Assembly (NCBI GenBank): GCA_035403225.1
Contig: DAONET010000009.1
Location: 5,962-69,961 of the forward strand
Length of the DNA stretch: 64,000 nucleotides
Direction of reading: 5' to 3'
DNA from: Bacteroidales bacterium
Lineage (GTDB): Bacteria > Bacteroidota > Bacteroidia > Bacteroidales > FEN-979
Position 1 is the stretch's first letter. Each line of letters starts with the position of its first letter. A program made the position numbers and the translations under genes. The notes below the pieces were generated by a model. That model was given only the letters and a program-made list of their open reading frames with translations. It was not told the origin of the DNA and made no database searches. Of the stretch, positions 17,331 to 26,255 are shown one piece after another.

Positions 17331-17942
17331 TCAGCTTATATATTCACATATAGATATGTTCATGAGCAGCGATAATCGTTGCTTTATTTCCCCTGACTTT
17401 GACTTTCTGACCGCAACCACAATCCGACAGGATTCATCAAATTGCTGGCTTAAAATGGATACGCCATCGTCCTTCAGAATCCGCATAACCTCGTTCATCC
17501 GGGGATACTCAAAGAGGATCACCATCTTTTCGGTTATGGTTTTCTGAATAATCCGGGCCTGGCTGAGCGCCTCGGCGGAGGTTGTCTTGTAGGCATGGAT
17601 CAATCCCGGAACTCCGAGTTTGGTACCCCCAAAGTAACGGATCACCACTACCAGGATATCCGATAGTCCTTTGGAAAGGATCTGCCCGTGAATGGGGCGA
17701 CCGGCAGTTCCGGAAGGCTCCCCGTCGTCATTAACCCGGTATACGTCTCCCGTAGAGCCAATACGATAAGCATAGCAGTGATGGTTGGCATCATAATACT
17801 CTTTCCGGATGGCTTCGAGCTTTAACTTTGCTTCTTCTTCGCTTTCGACAGGCATAGCCAGGCCTATAAAACGGCTGGCTTTATCCCTGAAAGTGCTGCG
17901 TGATTCTCCGCTTATTGATAGGTAGGTGTCACTGATTTCCAT
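17331..17942 (-). CDS. yigZ: YigZ / IMPACT family protein (UPF0029)
   Basis: The motifs KASRFIG, NHHCYAYR, DDGEPSGTAG and RYFGGTKLG are characteristic of the IMPACT N-domain. Confidence 0.8.
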   Translation of the reverse strand: MEISDTYLSISGESRSTFRDKASRFIGLAMPVESEEEAKLKLEAIRKEYYDANHHCYAYRIGSTGDVYRVNDDGEPSGTAGRPIHGQILSKGLSDILVVVIRYFGGTKLGVPGLIHAYKTTSAEALSQARIIQKTITEKMVILFEYPRMNEVMRILKDDGVSILSQQFDESCRIVVAVRKSKSGEIKQRLSLLMNISICEYIS

Positions 17943-17976
17943 TACTCACGAATTTAGTTTTTTTTACCTTCGTCCC

Positions 17977-18903
17977 ATGAAAAAAAATGAGCTTACTGTT
18001 AAAAAAATCGAGGATGATCTGAAACAAGGATTGGCCGGATTGTACGACAAGAACGAGGCGGATCACCTCATTGGATTATTATTCAGTCACTTCACGGGAT
18101 GGAACCGGGCAGAAGTGAAAATAAGAGGAGAGGAGTTGCTGTCGGGGGAGTGTGCGGATAAGTTGTATGCAGCCCTGGAAGACCTTCGTGGTTTCAAACC
18201 CGTACAATATATAATAGGTAATACCTGGTTCTGCGGGCTGGAATTAAAAGTCACTCCGGATGCTCTCATACCACGGCCTGAGACAGAGGAACTGGCGGAG
18301 ATGGTAATCCGCGAAAACATTCAGTTTCAGTTGCAGGAGATATCCATACTCGACATAGGGACCGGCACCGGTTGCCTGGCGCTCGCCCTGAAGAAGAAAT
18401 TCCCGTATGCCCTGGTGGAAGCCATCGACAACGACCCCGCAGCGCTGGCACTATCGGCTGAAAACGCTGCCGGGAACGGATTGAAGATCGGCTTCAGAAA
18501 GTTGGATATCCTTGATCGGACTGAGAGGGATTTACTCCCGGGTTATCAGGTCATCGTAAGCAACCCGCCTTATGTTACGTGCTCTGAAAAGCGGCTCATG
18601 AAAGCCAATGTCCTGAATTATGAACCTCACCAGGCATTGTTTGTCCCTGATGACGATCCGCTCCTTTACTACAAAGCCATCGGAGACTTTGCTTTCAAGC
18701 ACCTGATACGACCAGGGACACTGTATGTGGAAATCAATGAGCGGTTCGGGACGGAGGTGAAAAAGTTGTTCCTCGGCATGGGTTTTGACCGGGCCGAAGT
18801 GATCAAGGATCTGTATGGGAAAGATAGGTTTGTCCGCGCTGAAGCCGTGTACGTGATGGCTGATACCAGCTACTGGATGGTGGCGGATAACCAAATACCC
18901 TGA
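17977..18903 (+). CDS. prmC: Peptide chain release factor N5-glutamine methyltransferase
   Basis: It has the SAM motif ILDIGTGTGCLA and the catalytic VSNPPYV. The ATG at 17977 is preferred over the GTG at 17926, which overlaps yigZ. Confidence 0.85.
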   Translation: MKKNELTVKKIEDDLKQGLAGLYDKNEADHLIGLLFSHFTGWNRAEVKIRGEELLSGECADKLYAALEDLRGFKPVQYIIGNTWFCGLELKVTPDALIPRPETEELAEMVIRENIQFQLQEISILDIGTGTGCLALALKKKFPYALVEAIDNDPAALALSAENAAGNGLKIGFRKLDILDRTERDLLPGYQVIVSNPPYVTCSEKRLMKANVLNYEPHQALFVPDDDPLLYYKAIGDFAFKHLIRPGTLYVEINERFGTEVKKLFLGMGFDRAEVIKDLYGKDRFVRAEAVYVMADTSYWMVADNQIP

Positions 18904-18905
18904 CG

Positions 18906-20039
18906 TTATTTCAGCAGGGGATCAACGATGCTTCCCGGCTTCAGGATGGGCGACAGTTCTTCCCAGGTCAGGAAGATATCGGTAAACCCATGTGAATAAG
19001 GGGCGATCTCGTAATGGTTGTAAAAGAATCCGATCCCGGAACCGGTGATGTATAAGTTGTTGGTCGGGGCCACTTCATCAGAGAAGTATTCTGCTTTCTC
19101 CGACAACTTGTCCTCCGGTCCCAGTCCTTCGGTATGCTTCAGTTTCGTGGTAAGCAGACGTGTCAGAGCGGGCTCGAAATCACGGATAAAGATATCACCC
19201 GATGTTACGATTTTTCCCGTTTTAACATTGATAACCTTATAATCCTGCGCTCCCAGCCCGTGAGCGCCGCCAGTAAAGGCATAACTTTCAGTATAAAACG
19301 AGAGGATGCTCTTTTCGTTATACACGATATGCATCAGTTTATACAGGTCCCAGTTAAGCAGCGCAACAGCAGCTTGTTGCTTTAACAACTCAACGTTGTC
19401 GGAAAGATAATTCTTAAAGTACGATTGTTGTAAGGAGTTAACCAGTATCTGCGGATCATAACTGGCAGGCTTTCCTCCGGCAAAAAGAGTCATGATCCTG
19501 TTGCGGATCGTATCGCAAGTGGCATTGGAAGAGATGACGGGGACAACCAGGCACTGTTCGATATAAGCCCGTGGGGTAGTCTTTTTGCTGATAAGCGGTT
19601 TGGTCGCTGTCTGATAATAGACACTGAGCGGCAGACTCCCTGACGGATAATTCTCAGATACGGTAAATTTATGCCGTGCTTCGTTTTTTTCAATCTGCCA
19701 TGTACCGGAAATGATATGATTGGTGATAAACTTTCCCCGGATCTCCATTTGCTGATCGTCATAGGAAGCTTTAAGCGTAAAGGAACCGTCGGTGGTAATC
19801 TTTCCCCCGGCGGTACCGGGCGCCCCTGAGTGGATGTTATACTGACGGGCGACAGCGGGTGATGCCGTCAGGCAGTAATCAACAAAAACACTATCATTGA
19901 CCTTGATCAGGTTCAGGGTCACTTCAATACGTTCATCCATGAATCCCTGCAAACGCTGGTAACATTTTTTTGGTAACGTCTGAGCATTCAGCCCCGTGGT
20001 CAACAGGGTCAGGAAGGCTACCCACAAGCATTTCATCAT
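18906..20039 (-). CDS. Secreted DUF3298/DUF4163-type protein
   Basis: It has a signal peptide (MMKCLWVAFLTLLTTGLNAQ) and the YAFTGGAHG motif typical of DUF3298. Confidence 0.6.
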   Translation of the reverse strand: MMKCLWVAFLTLLTTGLNAQTLPKKCYQRLQGFMDERIEVTLNLIKVNDSVFVDYCLTASPAVARQYNIHSGAPGTAGGKITTDGSFTLKASYDDQQMEIRGKFITNHIISGTWQIEKNEARHKFTVSENYPSGSLPLSVYYQTATKPLISKKTTPRAYIEQCLVVPVISSNATCDTIRNRIMTLFAGGKPASYDPQILVNSLQQSYFKNYLSDNVELLKQQAAVALLNWDLYKLMHIVYNEKSILSFYTESYAFTGGAHGLGAQDYKVINVKTGKIVTSGDIFIRDFEPALTRLLTTKLKHTEGLGPEDKLSEKAEYFSDEVAPTNNLYITGSGIGFFYNHYEIAPYSHGFTDIFLTWEELSPILKPGSIVDPLLK

Positions 20040-20054
20040 CGTATACGTAACTTA

Positions 20055-20720
20055 TTATTTTCCATGTTCAAAAATTCGTGTCCCGATCCGGATCATCGTG
20101 CTTCCTTCTTCGATAGCGATGGGGTAATCTCCCGACATGCCCATTGAGATCTCACGGAAGGATGGTTGACCGAAGAAGTACTGCTGGCGGAGTAACTCGA
20201 AATATCCTTTCAGGGTGCGGAATTCTTGTCTTATTTTTTCTTTATCGTCTGTTAACGTGGCCATTCCCATGACGCCTGCAACACGGATGTTCGCGAATGA
20301 CCTGAATTCCTGCGAATCAAGCAGATCCTTCGCTTCCTGCAGGTCAAGTCCGAACTTTGTCTCTTCGGTGGCAATATAGAACTGAAGGAGACAATCAATG
20401 ACCCGGTTGCATTTTGCGGCTTCCCGGTTGACTTCTGTTAAAAGATGAAGGCTGTCGATGCTGTGAATCAATCCGATAAATGAAGCGATTTGTTTTACTT
20501 TATTGGTTTGCAGATGACCAATGAAATGCCATTCCGTATCGGCAGGCATCACCTGGTATTTGGAGACAATTTCCCGTACTCTGTTTTCACCAAAAGCACG
20601 CTGTCCTGCCTCATACGCTTCCATCATTTCCTCCGGCGTCCGTGTCTTGGAAACCGCAATCAACTTCACATTGGGAGGGATAACACGCGACAGTGACCGG
20701 ATATTCGATTCGATATTCAT
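20055..20720 (-). CDS. yggS: YggS family PLP homeostasis protein
   Basis: It has IAVSKTR (PLP lysine) and the HFIGHLQTNKVK and SMGMSGDY motifs. Length is 221 aa. Confidence 0.9.
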   Translation of the reverse strand: MNIESNIRSLSRVIPPNVKLIAVSKTRTPEEMMEAYEAGQRAFGENRVREIVSKYQVMPADTEWHFIGHLQTNKVKQIASFIGLIHSIDSLHLLTEVNREAAKCNRVIDCLLQFYIATEETKFGLDLQEAKDLLDSQEFRSFANIRVAGVMGMATLTDDKEKIRQEFRTLKGYFELLRQQYFFGQPSFREISMGMSGDYPIAIEEGSTMIRIGTRIFEHGK

Positions 20721-20739
20721 TTCTTTTTTCTTCGATATA

Positions 20740-20747
20740 CAAAGTTA
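20740..20747 (-). promoter_or_regulatory. Candidate -7 box (TAACTTTG on the minus strand) for the yggS-DUF3298 operon
   Basis: The plus strand reads CAAAGTTA, 19 nt upstream of the yggS ATG. Confidence 0.45.
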
Positions 20748-20774
20748 CAGGTTTGAACGTTTACAAAGAAGGAT

Positions 20775-20791
20775 TACTTTTGCTATTTTTG
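20775..20791 (+). promoter_or_regulatory. Two adjacent candidate -7 boxes (TACTTTTG, TATTTTTG) for the LTA-synthase-family gene
   Basis: The boxes at 20775-20782 and 20784-20791 both fit TAnnTTTG, and the ATG is at 20794. Confidence 0.4.
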
Positions 20792-20793
20792 AG

Positions 20794-22653
20794 ATGAAAC
20801 AGATTATACGCTCGTTATTACGCCAGTTCCTTTTCTGGATATTGTTTTTTGATGTTTCAAGGATCGTTTTTCTCATTTATTACTCCGGGCAGCTTTCCAC
20901 GCAAAAAATCAGTTTTTTTGAGATACTGGGTACCTTTTATTATTCCTTTCCGCTGGACATGGCGGTGGCTTGTTATTTCCTGATCATCCCGTTTTTCATT
21001 CTTGCTCTTCAGCTCTTTTTTAACGTAAAATGGCTCAATGTCGTCAATAAAATATACACCAGCGTGCTGGTATTCATGTATTCGCTGTCTGTGGCCGGTG
21101 AGCTTGGGATTTATGAGGAATGGCAATCGAAGCTTTCTGTGAAAGCGGTGAAATACCTGGAGCATCCGGCCGAGGTGTATAACTCTGCTCAGACGGGCTC
21201 ATTCTTTCTGCTTATAGCAATCCTGATACTTCTTACGGCAGCGGGTATCGTGTGCTATGTAAAATGGTTCCATCGCGATGTTGCCGTGACGAAGCGTAAT
21301 CCCTGGTATACAGGGGTTTTTCTTTTACTGACTCCGGGCCTTCTGGCGCTGGGAAGCCGGGGAGGCGTTCAGGAAATTCCGATAAACCAAAGTGAATCCT
21401 ATTTTTCTCACCAGGGAATATTGAATGATGTATCCGTCAACAACGCCTTCAATTTCTTTGTCAGTTTCATTGAAAATTACCGGGTGATCGATAAAAACCC
21501 GTATCATTTCATGGATTCGGGGCAGGCACGGGATATTGTTAAAGGCATTTACCGGACGGAAAAGGATACCACTCTTTGCGTGCTCAACAATTCCAAACCC
21601 AATATCGTCCTGGTCATCCTGGAAAGTTTTTCTGCCGATCTGATCGAATCGCTGGGCGCGAAACCCGGCATAACCCCGGAATTCAAAAAGCTGGAAAAGG
21701 AAGGGTTGTTGTTCACCCGGCTTTATTCGTCCGGGATGCGTTCCGAGCAGGGTATGGCCAGTATCTTCGGGGGTTTCCCTTCACACCCGATCAGTTGTTC
21801 GGTGGTTCAACCCGAGAAGTACCCGGCTTTGCCGAAACTTCCGGAACTGATCAAAGAGACAGGCTATTTCACTTCTTTCTATTTCGGAGGGCAATTGATC
21901 TATGGGAACATCAAGGGCTACATTTATTCCAATGGCTTCGACCGGATTGTGGAAGGGACTGATTTTCCCCGTGATTTTCCGAGGGGTAAACTGGGAATCC
22001 CCGATGGCAATGTGTTGGATTACCTGGCCAAAGAGCTGGGTAAGAATCAGCAGCCGTTCTTTTCCGCCGTCTTTACGATCAGCAGTCATTCACCCTATGA
22101 TCAGCCATACGAAAAACCGCTGACATGGGGCGGTTCCGAAAACGATTTTATCAATTCAGCCTATTATACAGATCATTGCCTGGGTGAATTCTTTAAGACA
22201 GTCCGCAATACTGCCTGGTACAAAAACACCCTCTTCGTTTTGCTCGCCGACCACAGCCACAGTTCATATTATAACTGGTATCCCGGACAGAAGCAGTACC
22301 GCCGCATTCCGATGCTTTTGCTGGGCGGTGCGCTGAAAGAGGAGTATAGAGGGACTGTTTGTAATAAGCTGGGAAATAATTATGACTTTCCTGCCACTCT
22401 TCTTACACAACTGGGTATTTCCGATACGGCTTTTCATTGGAGTAAAAACCTGCTTAATCCGTATTCTCCGGAGTTCGCGTATTTCTCGAACGAGAATGGA
22501 TATGGTTGGATCCGCCCCGGGATGCAGTATTCATTGGATATTGGCAAAGAATGGATTTATGCTGATGAAGTACCGGCTGGTAAGAAAGAGTTAATGAAGA
22601 AGGAAGGAGAAGCCTACCTGCAGTGTGTCTTTGAAGAGTACCTTGCCCAGTAG
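20794..22653 (+). CDS. LTA synthase / sulfatase-family membrane phosphotransferase
   Basis: About 5 N-terminal TM helices are followed by an alkaline-phosphatase-superfamily domain (VLVILESFSADL, LADHSH). The start was trimmed from 20521 because that extension overlaps yggS antisense. Confidence 0.75.
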   Translation: MKQIIRSLLRQFLFWILFFDVSRIVFLIYYSGQLSTQKISFFEILGTFYYSFPLDMAVACYFLIIPFFILALQLFFNVKWLNVVNKIYTSVLVFMYSLSVAGELGIYEEWQSKLSVKAVKYLEHPAEVYNSAQTGSFFLLIAILILLTAAGIVCYVKWFHRDVAVTKRNPWYTGVFLLLTPGLLALGSRGGVQEIPINQSESYFSHQGILNDVSVNNAFNFFVSFIENYRVIDKNPYHFMDSGQARDIVKGIYRTEKDTTLCVLNNSKPNIVLVILESFSADLIESLGAKPGITPEFKKLEKEGLLFTRLYSSGMRSEQGMASIFGGFPSHPISCSVVQPEKYPALPKLPELIKETGYFTSFYFGGQLIYGNIKGYIYSNGFDRIVEGTDFPRDFPRGKLGIPDGNVLDYLAKELGKNQQPFFSAVFTISSHSPYDQPYEKPLTWGGSENDFINSAYYTDHCLGEFFKTVRNTAWYKNTLFVLLADHSHSSYYNWYPGQKQYRRIPMLLLGGALKEEYRGTVCNKLGNNYDFPATLLTQLGISDTAFHWSKNLLNPYSPEFAYFSNENGYGWIRPGMQYSLDIGKEWIYADEVPAGKKELMKKEGEAYLQCVFEEYLAQ

Positions 22654-22726
22654 ACAAAAGTCATTCAAGGTATTGATTTTCAGCTTATTTTTTCGTATCT
22701 TCCTGGCAATATAAAATCGACCTGCC

Positions 22727-24445
22727 ATGAAGATTTTTACGTTGCTTTGTATAGCTTTCCTGGTTCCGGTCTGTTCCTTTTCACAACAGGATTACCGGGA
22801 ATTCGGGGATGCTCCGGAAGGAGCAATTGCCTATCCATCTACCGGTATTATCGGTTTATTTCCCACTTGTATGACAGTGGGCCCCAACGGCTTTGTTATC
22901 CATAATAACTTCGGTGCATTTTTTGTGGGGTTTGATCTGGAAGTGGATGGCAATGCCGGGTTATGTCCGATGTTTGCCCCATACGACAACGATGAATGTT
23001 TCGGAGATGGTGATGCCGGGTTGATGTTTCCCGAACCTTACACGATCATCTCGAACATCATAATGCCCTGTCCCGGGTTCAAAGGGACTTCCATGGGGGC
23101 GACCTGTCAAAGTATGACCTGGGGTATTAACGTCGATATCAATGTGACGAATTTCATGCCCAATCAAGCCATGGGCTTTGTAAACGTTGTTGTTGACTGG
23201 AATCAAAACGGGAATTGGGGGGATGTGCTGGTTTGTCCGGCAGGGGCTTGTCCCGAACATGTGTTGGTCAATCACCCGGTGATGAATGGCTATTCCGGTC
23301 CGCTTTCGCTGACGGGACCGCCTCCATTTCTGTCTGGTCCGAACCCCGGATTTTACTGGGCACGTTTTACGATTTCTGAGATGCCGGTGCAGGTAAACTG
23401 GAACGGGGAAGGGAGTTTTGAGGATGGTGAAAGCGAAGATTACCTGATCTATATTGGCGATTTTGATTACGGAGATGCTCCCGAAGGCGCTATTGCCTAC
23501 CCGTCAGCCGGGACTATCGGGCAGTTTCCAACCTGTATATCGACAGGTGCGACGGGTAGTTTCATACAGCATGCTGCGGGGATATCCTGGTTCGGTCCGT
23601 TGGCCGATTTGGAAAACGAAGGGAATCAGGGAGTTTGTCCTGTGTTTACTCCCAATGCCTATGACAGCGATGAATGTTTCCAGGATAATGATGCCGGTCT
23701 TCTTATCCCGGCATCTTATACCATTACCGGTGCGGCAGGGCAGGAGATGGTCGCCCCATGTACCGGTAACGCGTATCCCTTAGATACAGTTTGCAAAATG
23801 GCTAATTGGGGATCTGAGATTGATATTCAGGTTACCGGAACAGGATATGTGAACCTGTTGATCGACTGGAACCAGGACGGTCAATGGGCGCTTGATACAA
23901 CCCAAAAATGCAATGGAACTGTTGTCCCGGAACATGTACTGGTTGATTTCCCTGTTACGGCAGCAGCAGGGGCTCCATTATCTTCTTTTTCACCTCCGGC
24001 CTTTTTGGTGGGTCCTGATGATGGATTTGTGTGGGCAAGGTTTTCGATCACTCCGGTGATGACAGGACCCAACTGGTCGGGGGCAGGTACCTTCACTGAT
24101 GGTGAAACGGAAGATTATCTGTTCGAGATTGCTACGGATTTCTCTTCCATCAACCTGATTGATCCGGAAGTGATCACTCCGCTCAGGGTCATCCCCAATC
24201 CGGTGAAGGAAAAAATGACCATTGAGTTCTCCCTGTATGAACAAGGACCGGTGTCCATCGATCTGCTGGATCCGCAGGGAAGGATGCTGGCCAACCTGGT
24301 CCATGAGTTCATGAGTAAAGGCTCTCATCAGGTGACTGTTGATCCGGACATGATCCTGAATAAAACAAGCAGCGGGTTCTTCTTTGTCAGGTTGACTGCC
24401 AAAGGGAAACCCGCTGCATATTCTAAGGTGGTGATAGTCAGGTGA
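22727..24445 (+). CDS. Secreted protein with two tandem GEVED-type Cys-rich domains and a T9SS C-terminal sorting domain
   Basis: It has a signal peptide and two ~225-aa repeats. Each repeat starts with GDAPEGAIAYPSxGxIGxFPTC and ends with DGE(S/T)EDYL. The C-terminus IPNPVKEKMTIEF...FFFVRL is a Por_Secre_tail pattern. Confidence 0.7.
   Translation: MKIFTLLCIAFLVPVCSFSQQDYREFGDAPEGAIAYPSTGIIGLFPTCMTVGPNGFVIHNNFGAFFVGFDLEVDGNAGLCPMFAPYDNDECFGDGDAGLMFPEPYTIISNIIMPCPGFKGTSMGATCQSMTWGINVDINVTNFMPNQAMGFVNVVVDWNQNGNWGDVLVCPAGACPEHVLVNHPVMNGYSGPLSLTGPPPFLSGPNPGFYWARFTISEMPVQVNWNGEGSFEDGESEDYLIYIGDFDYGDAPEGAIAYPSAGTIGQFPTCISTGATGSFIQHAAGISWFGPLADLENEGNQGVCPVFTPNAYDSDECFQDNDAGLLIPASYTITGAAGQEMVAPCTGNAYPLDTVCKMANWGSEIDIQVTGTGYVNLLIDWNQDGQWALDTTQKCNGTVVPEHVLVDFPVTAAAGAPLSSFSPPAFLVGPDDGFVWARFSITPVMTGPNWSGAGTFTDGETEDYLFEIATDFSSINLIDPEVITPLRVIPNPVKEKMTIEFSLYEQGPVSIDLLDPQGRMLANLVHEFMSKGSHQVTVDPDMILNKTSSGFFFVRLTAKGKPAAYSKVVIVR
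22790..24130 (+). repeat. Internal tandem duplication (two ~670-bp coding repeats) within the GEVED-type protein
   Basis: Repeat 1 is about 22790-23455 and repeat 2 about 23459-24130. Cys positions and the flanking motifs GDAPEGAIAYPS and GExEDYL are conserved. Confidence 0.7.
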
Positions 24446-24450
24446 TCAGA

Positions 24451-25698
24451 CTATTCCAGTGAGTGTACTACCAGTCCTGACCGTAATTTCGGTTCGAACC
24501 AGGTAGTTTTGGGAGGCATGATATTTCCGGTATCGGCAATATTGATTAATTGCTTCATGGAGACGGGATAGAGTGCAAAGGCGACTTTCATTTCACCGTT
24601 GTCAACTCTCTTTTTCAGTTCACCCAATCCCCTGATACCACCTACGAAATCGATTCGTTTGTCGGTACGCAGGTCTTTAATTCCCATGATTTCATCGAGA
24701 ACCAGTTTGGAAAGGATGGTGACATCCAATCCGCCGATAGGATCATTGTCGTCAAAGGTTCCTTTCCGGGCTTTCAGCAGGTACCATTTCCCGTCGAGGT
24801 ACATGGAAAAGGTATGCAGTTGTTCCGGCTTCAGAATTTCCGTTCCTTTTTCTTCTACCTCAAAAGCTTTATTCAGCTTTTCCAGGAATTCCTGTTTTGA
24901 GAGTCCGTTCAGGTCTTTAACCACGCGGTTGTAGTCGATGATGGTCAGCTGATTATCCGGGAAATGTACAGCCAGGAAGAAATTGTATTCTTCTTTGCCT
25001 GTATGTGCCGGGTTATTCTTCCGTTTTTCGTTCCCGACGAGAGCGGCAGCAGCCGTCCGGTGATGGCCGTCGGCAACATAGGTAAACGGAATATTCCCGA
25101 AGATGGAGACGATCTTTGAGATCGTCTCAGGCTGTGAGATAACCCAGAAATGATGCCCGATACCGTCGACGGAAACAAAATCATAAACGGGCTGATGTTC
25201 TTTTACGAAGGCAGCAACAAGTTGATCCAGTTCGGGAACAGCCGGGTAAGAGAAGAAAACGGGTTCCATGTTGGCATTGGTGATGCGAACATGTTTCATG
25301 CGGTCTTCTTCCTTATCGCGACGAGTCAATTCGTGTTTTTTGATGATCCCGTTCATGTAGTCCTCAACACCTGCGCATCCCACGATTCCGTACTGGGTCT
25401 TCCCGTTCATTGTCTGAGCATAAATATACAGGCAATCAGTATCATCCTGGACCAGCCATCCTTTTTCACGGAATTTGGTGAAATTTTCCTTTGCTTTATC
25501 ATAAACCTGCTGATCGTGTTCATCCATTCCTTCGGGAAGGTCGATTTCCGGTTTAATGATATGAAGCAACGAATAAGGATTTCCGGTTGCTTCAATCCGC
25601 GCCTCTTTTGAATTCAGGACGTCATAAGGGCGGGAGGCCAGATCCCTGGCAATATCCACTGGGGGCCTTAATCCCCTGAATGGTTTTAAAATAGCCAT
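24451..25698 (-). CDS. DUF1015 family protein
   Basis: The 415-aa protein starts MAILKPFRGLRP and contains ADGHHR, both remembered hallmarks of DUF1015. Confidence 0.7.
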   Translation of the reverse strand: MAILKPFRGLRPPVDIARDLASRPYDVLNSKEARIEATGNPYSLLHIIKPEIDLPEGMDEHDQQVYDKAKENFTKFREKGWLVQDDTDCLYIYAQTMNGKTQYGIVGCAGVEDYMNGIIKKHELTRRDKEEDRMKHVRITNANMEPVFFSYPAVPELDQLVAAFVKEHQPVYDFVSVDGIGHHFWVISQPETISKIVSIFGNIPFTYVADGHHRTAAAALVGNEKRKNNPAHTGKEEYNFFLAVHFPDNQLTIIDYNRVVKDLNGLSKQEFLEKLNKAFEVEEKGTEILKPEQLHTFSMYLDGKWYLLKARKGTFDDNDPIGGLDVTILSKLVLDEIMGIKDLRTDKRIDFVGGIRGLGELKKRVDNGEMKVAFALYPVSMKQLINIADTGNIMPPKTTWFEPKLRSGLVVHSLE

Positions 25699-25731
25699 AA
25701 AAAATAGAATTAATGAATTAGTACTTCAGTC

Positions 25732-25752
25732 TTACAAGTTACAAGTTACAAG
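25732..25752 (-). repeat. Heptamer tandem repeat (CTTGTAA x3 on the minus strand) giving TAA stops in all three frames
   Basis: The plus strand reads TTACAAG three times exactly. The first minus-strand TAA is the stop of the four-helix-bundle gene. Confidence 0.9.
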
Positions 25753-26177
25753 TCGTCATCGTCGTTCTCATCTGCATTTTCGCTTGCTTTTACACTGCGC
25801 TGCAGAGACCCGATTAACGCTCCGATCATCTTTGTCATCTCCATTAATTGATTTTTCGATTCATTAAATGCATCATCAGTCAGGAAATGAAGGCTCTGAC
25901 CAACTGTAGAGATTACGACACATTCCCTTACGGAACTTTTGGCCATTTTGAGGTAATAGACAAACTGGCTTTTGTTTCGGGAAGATCCTTCAGCAATGTT
26001 CAACGCGATGCCATGTGATGAGGTGATATACCTGTCGAAAAACGATTTGGCAATGGTGTCACTACCGGCATGCTTCGCAGTTTTATGAACCCATGCAGTG
26101 TAATCAAGTGCTTTGTGATATACTCGCAGGTCCTCAAATCTGAAGAAAGTGGTGGGTTTTTCGTTTTCAAACTCCAT
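25746..26177 (-). CDS. Four-helix-bundle protein (23S rRNA intervening-sequence protein / Avd-like family)
   Basis: The 143-aa protein has the ALNIAEGSSR motif and a helical pattern typical of TIGR02436/PF05635, plus an acidic C-terminal tail (ENADENDDDDL). Confidence 0.7.
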   Translation of the reverse strand: MEFENEKPTTFFRFEDLRVYHKALDYTAWVHKTAKHAGSDTIAKSFFDRYITSSHGIALNIAEGSSRNKSQFVYYLKMAKSSVRECVVISTVGQSLHFLTDDAFNESKNQLMEMTKMIGALIGSLQRSVKASENADENDDDDL

Positions 26178-26255
26178 AGTTGATAGTATTAGTTAAGAAA
26201 CTAATTGAAAGGAGGATATCTTGAGATGGTTCAAACAACGGTAGACAACGTCATG

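Noticed and set aside
20521-20793. N-terminal extensions of track ORFs at 20521, 38494, 41095, 42522, 15028-15156, 17926 and 29346.
   Set aside because: The extensions overlap neighbouring well-supported genes or contain the predicted promoter box. In each case an internal ATG gives a canonical N-terminus, such as a signal peptide, a lipobox or a family-typical start.
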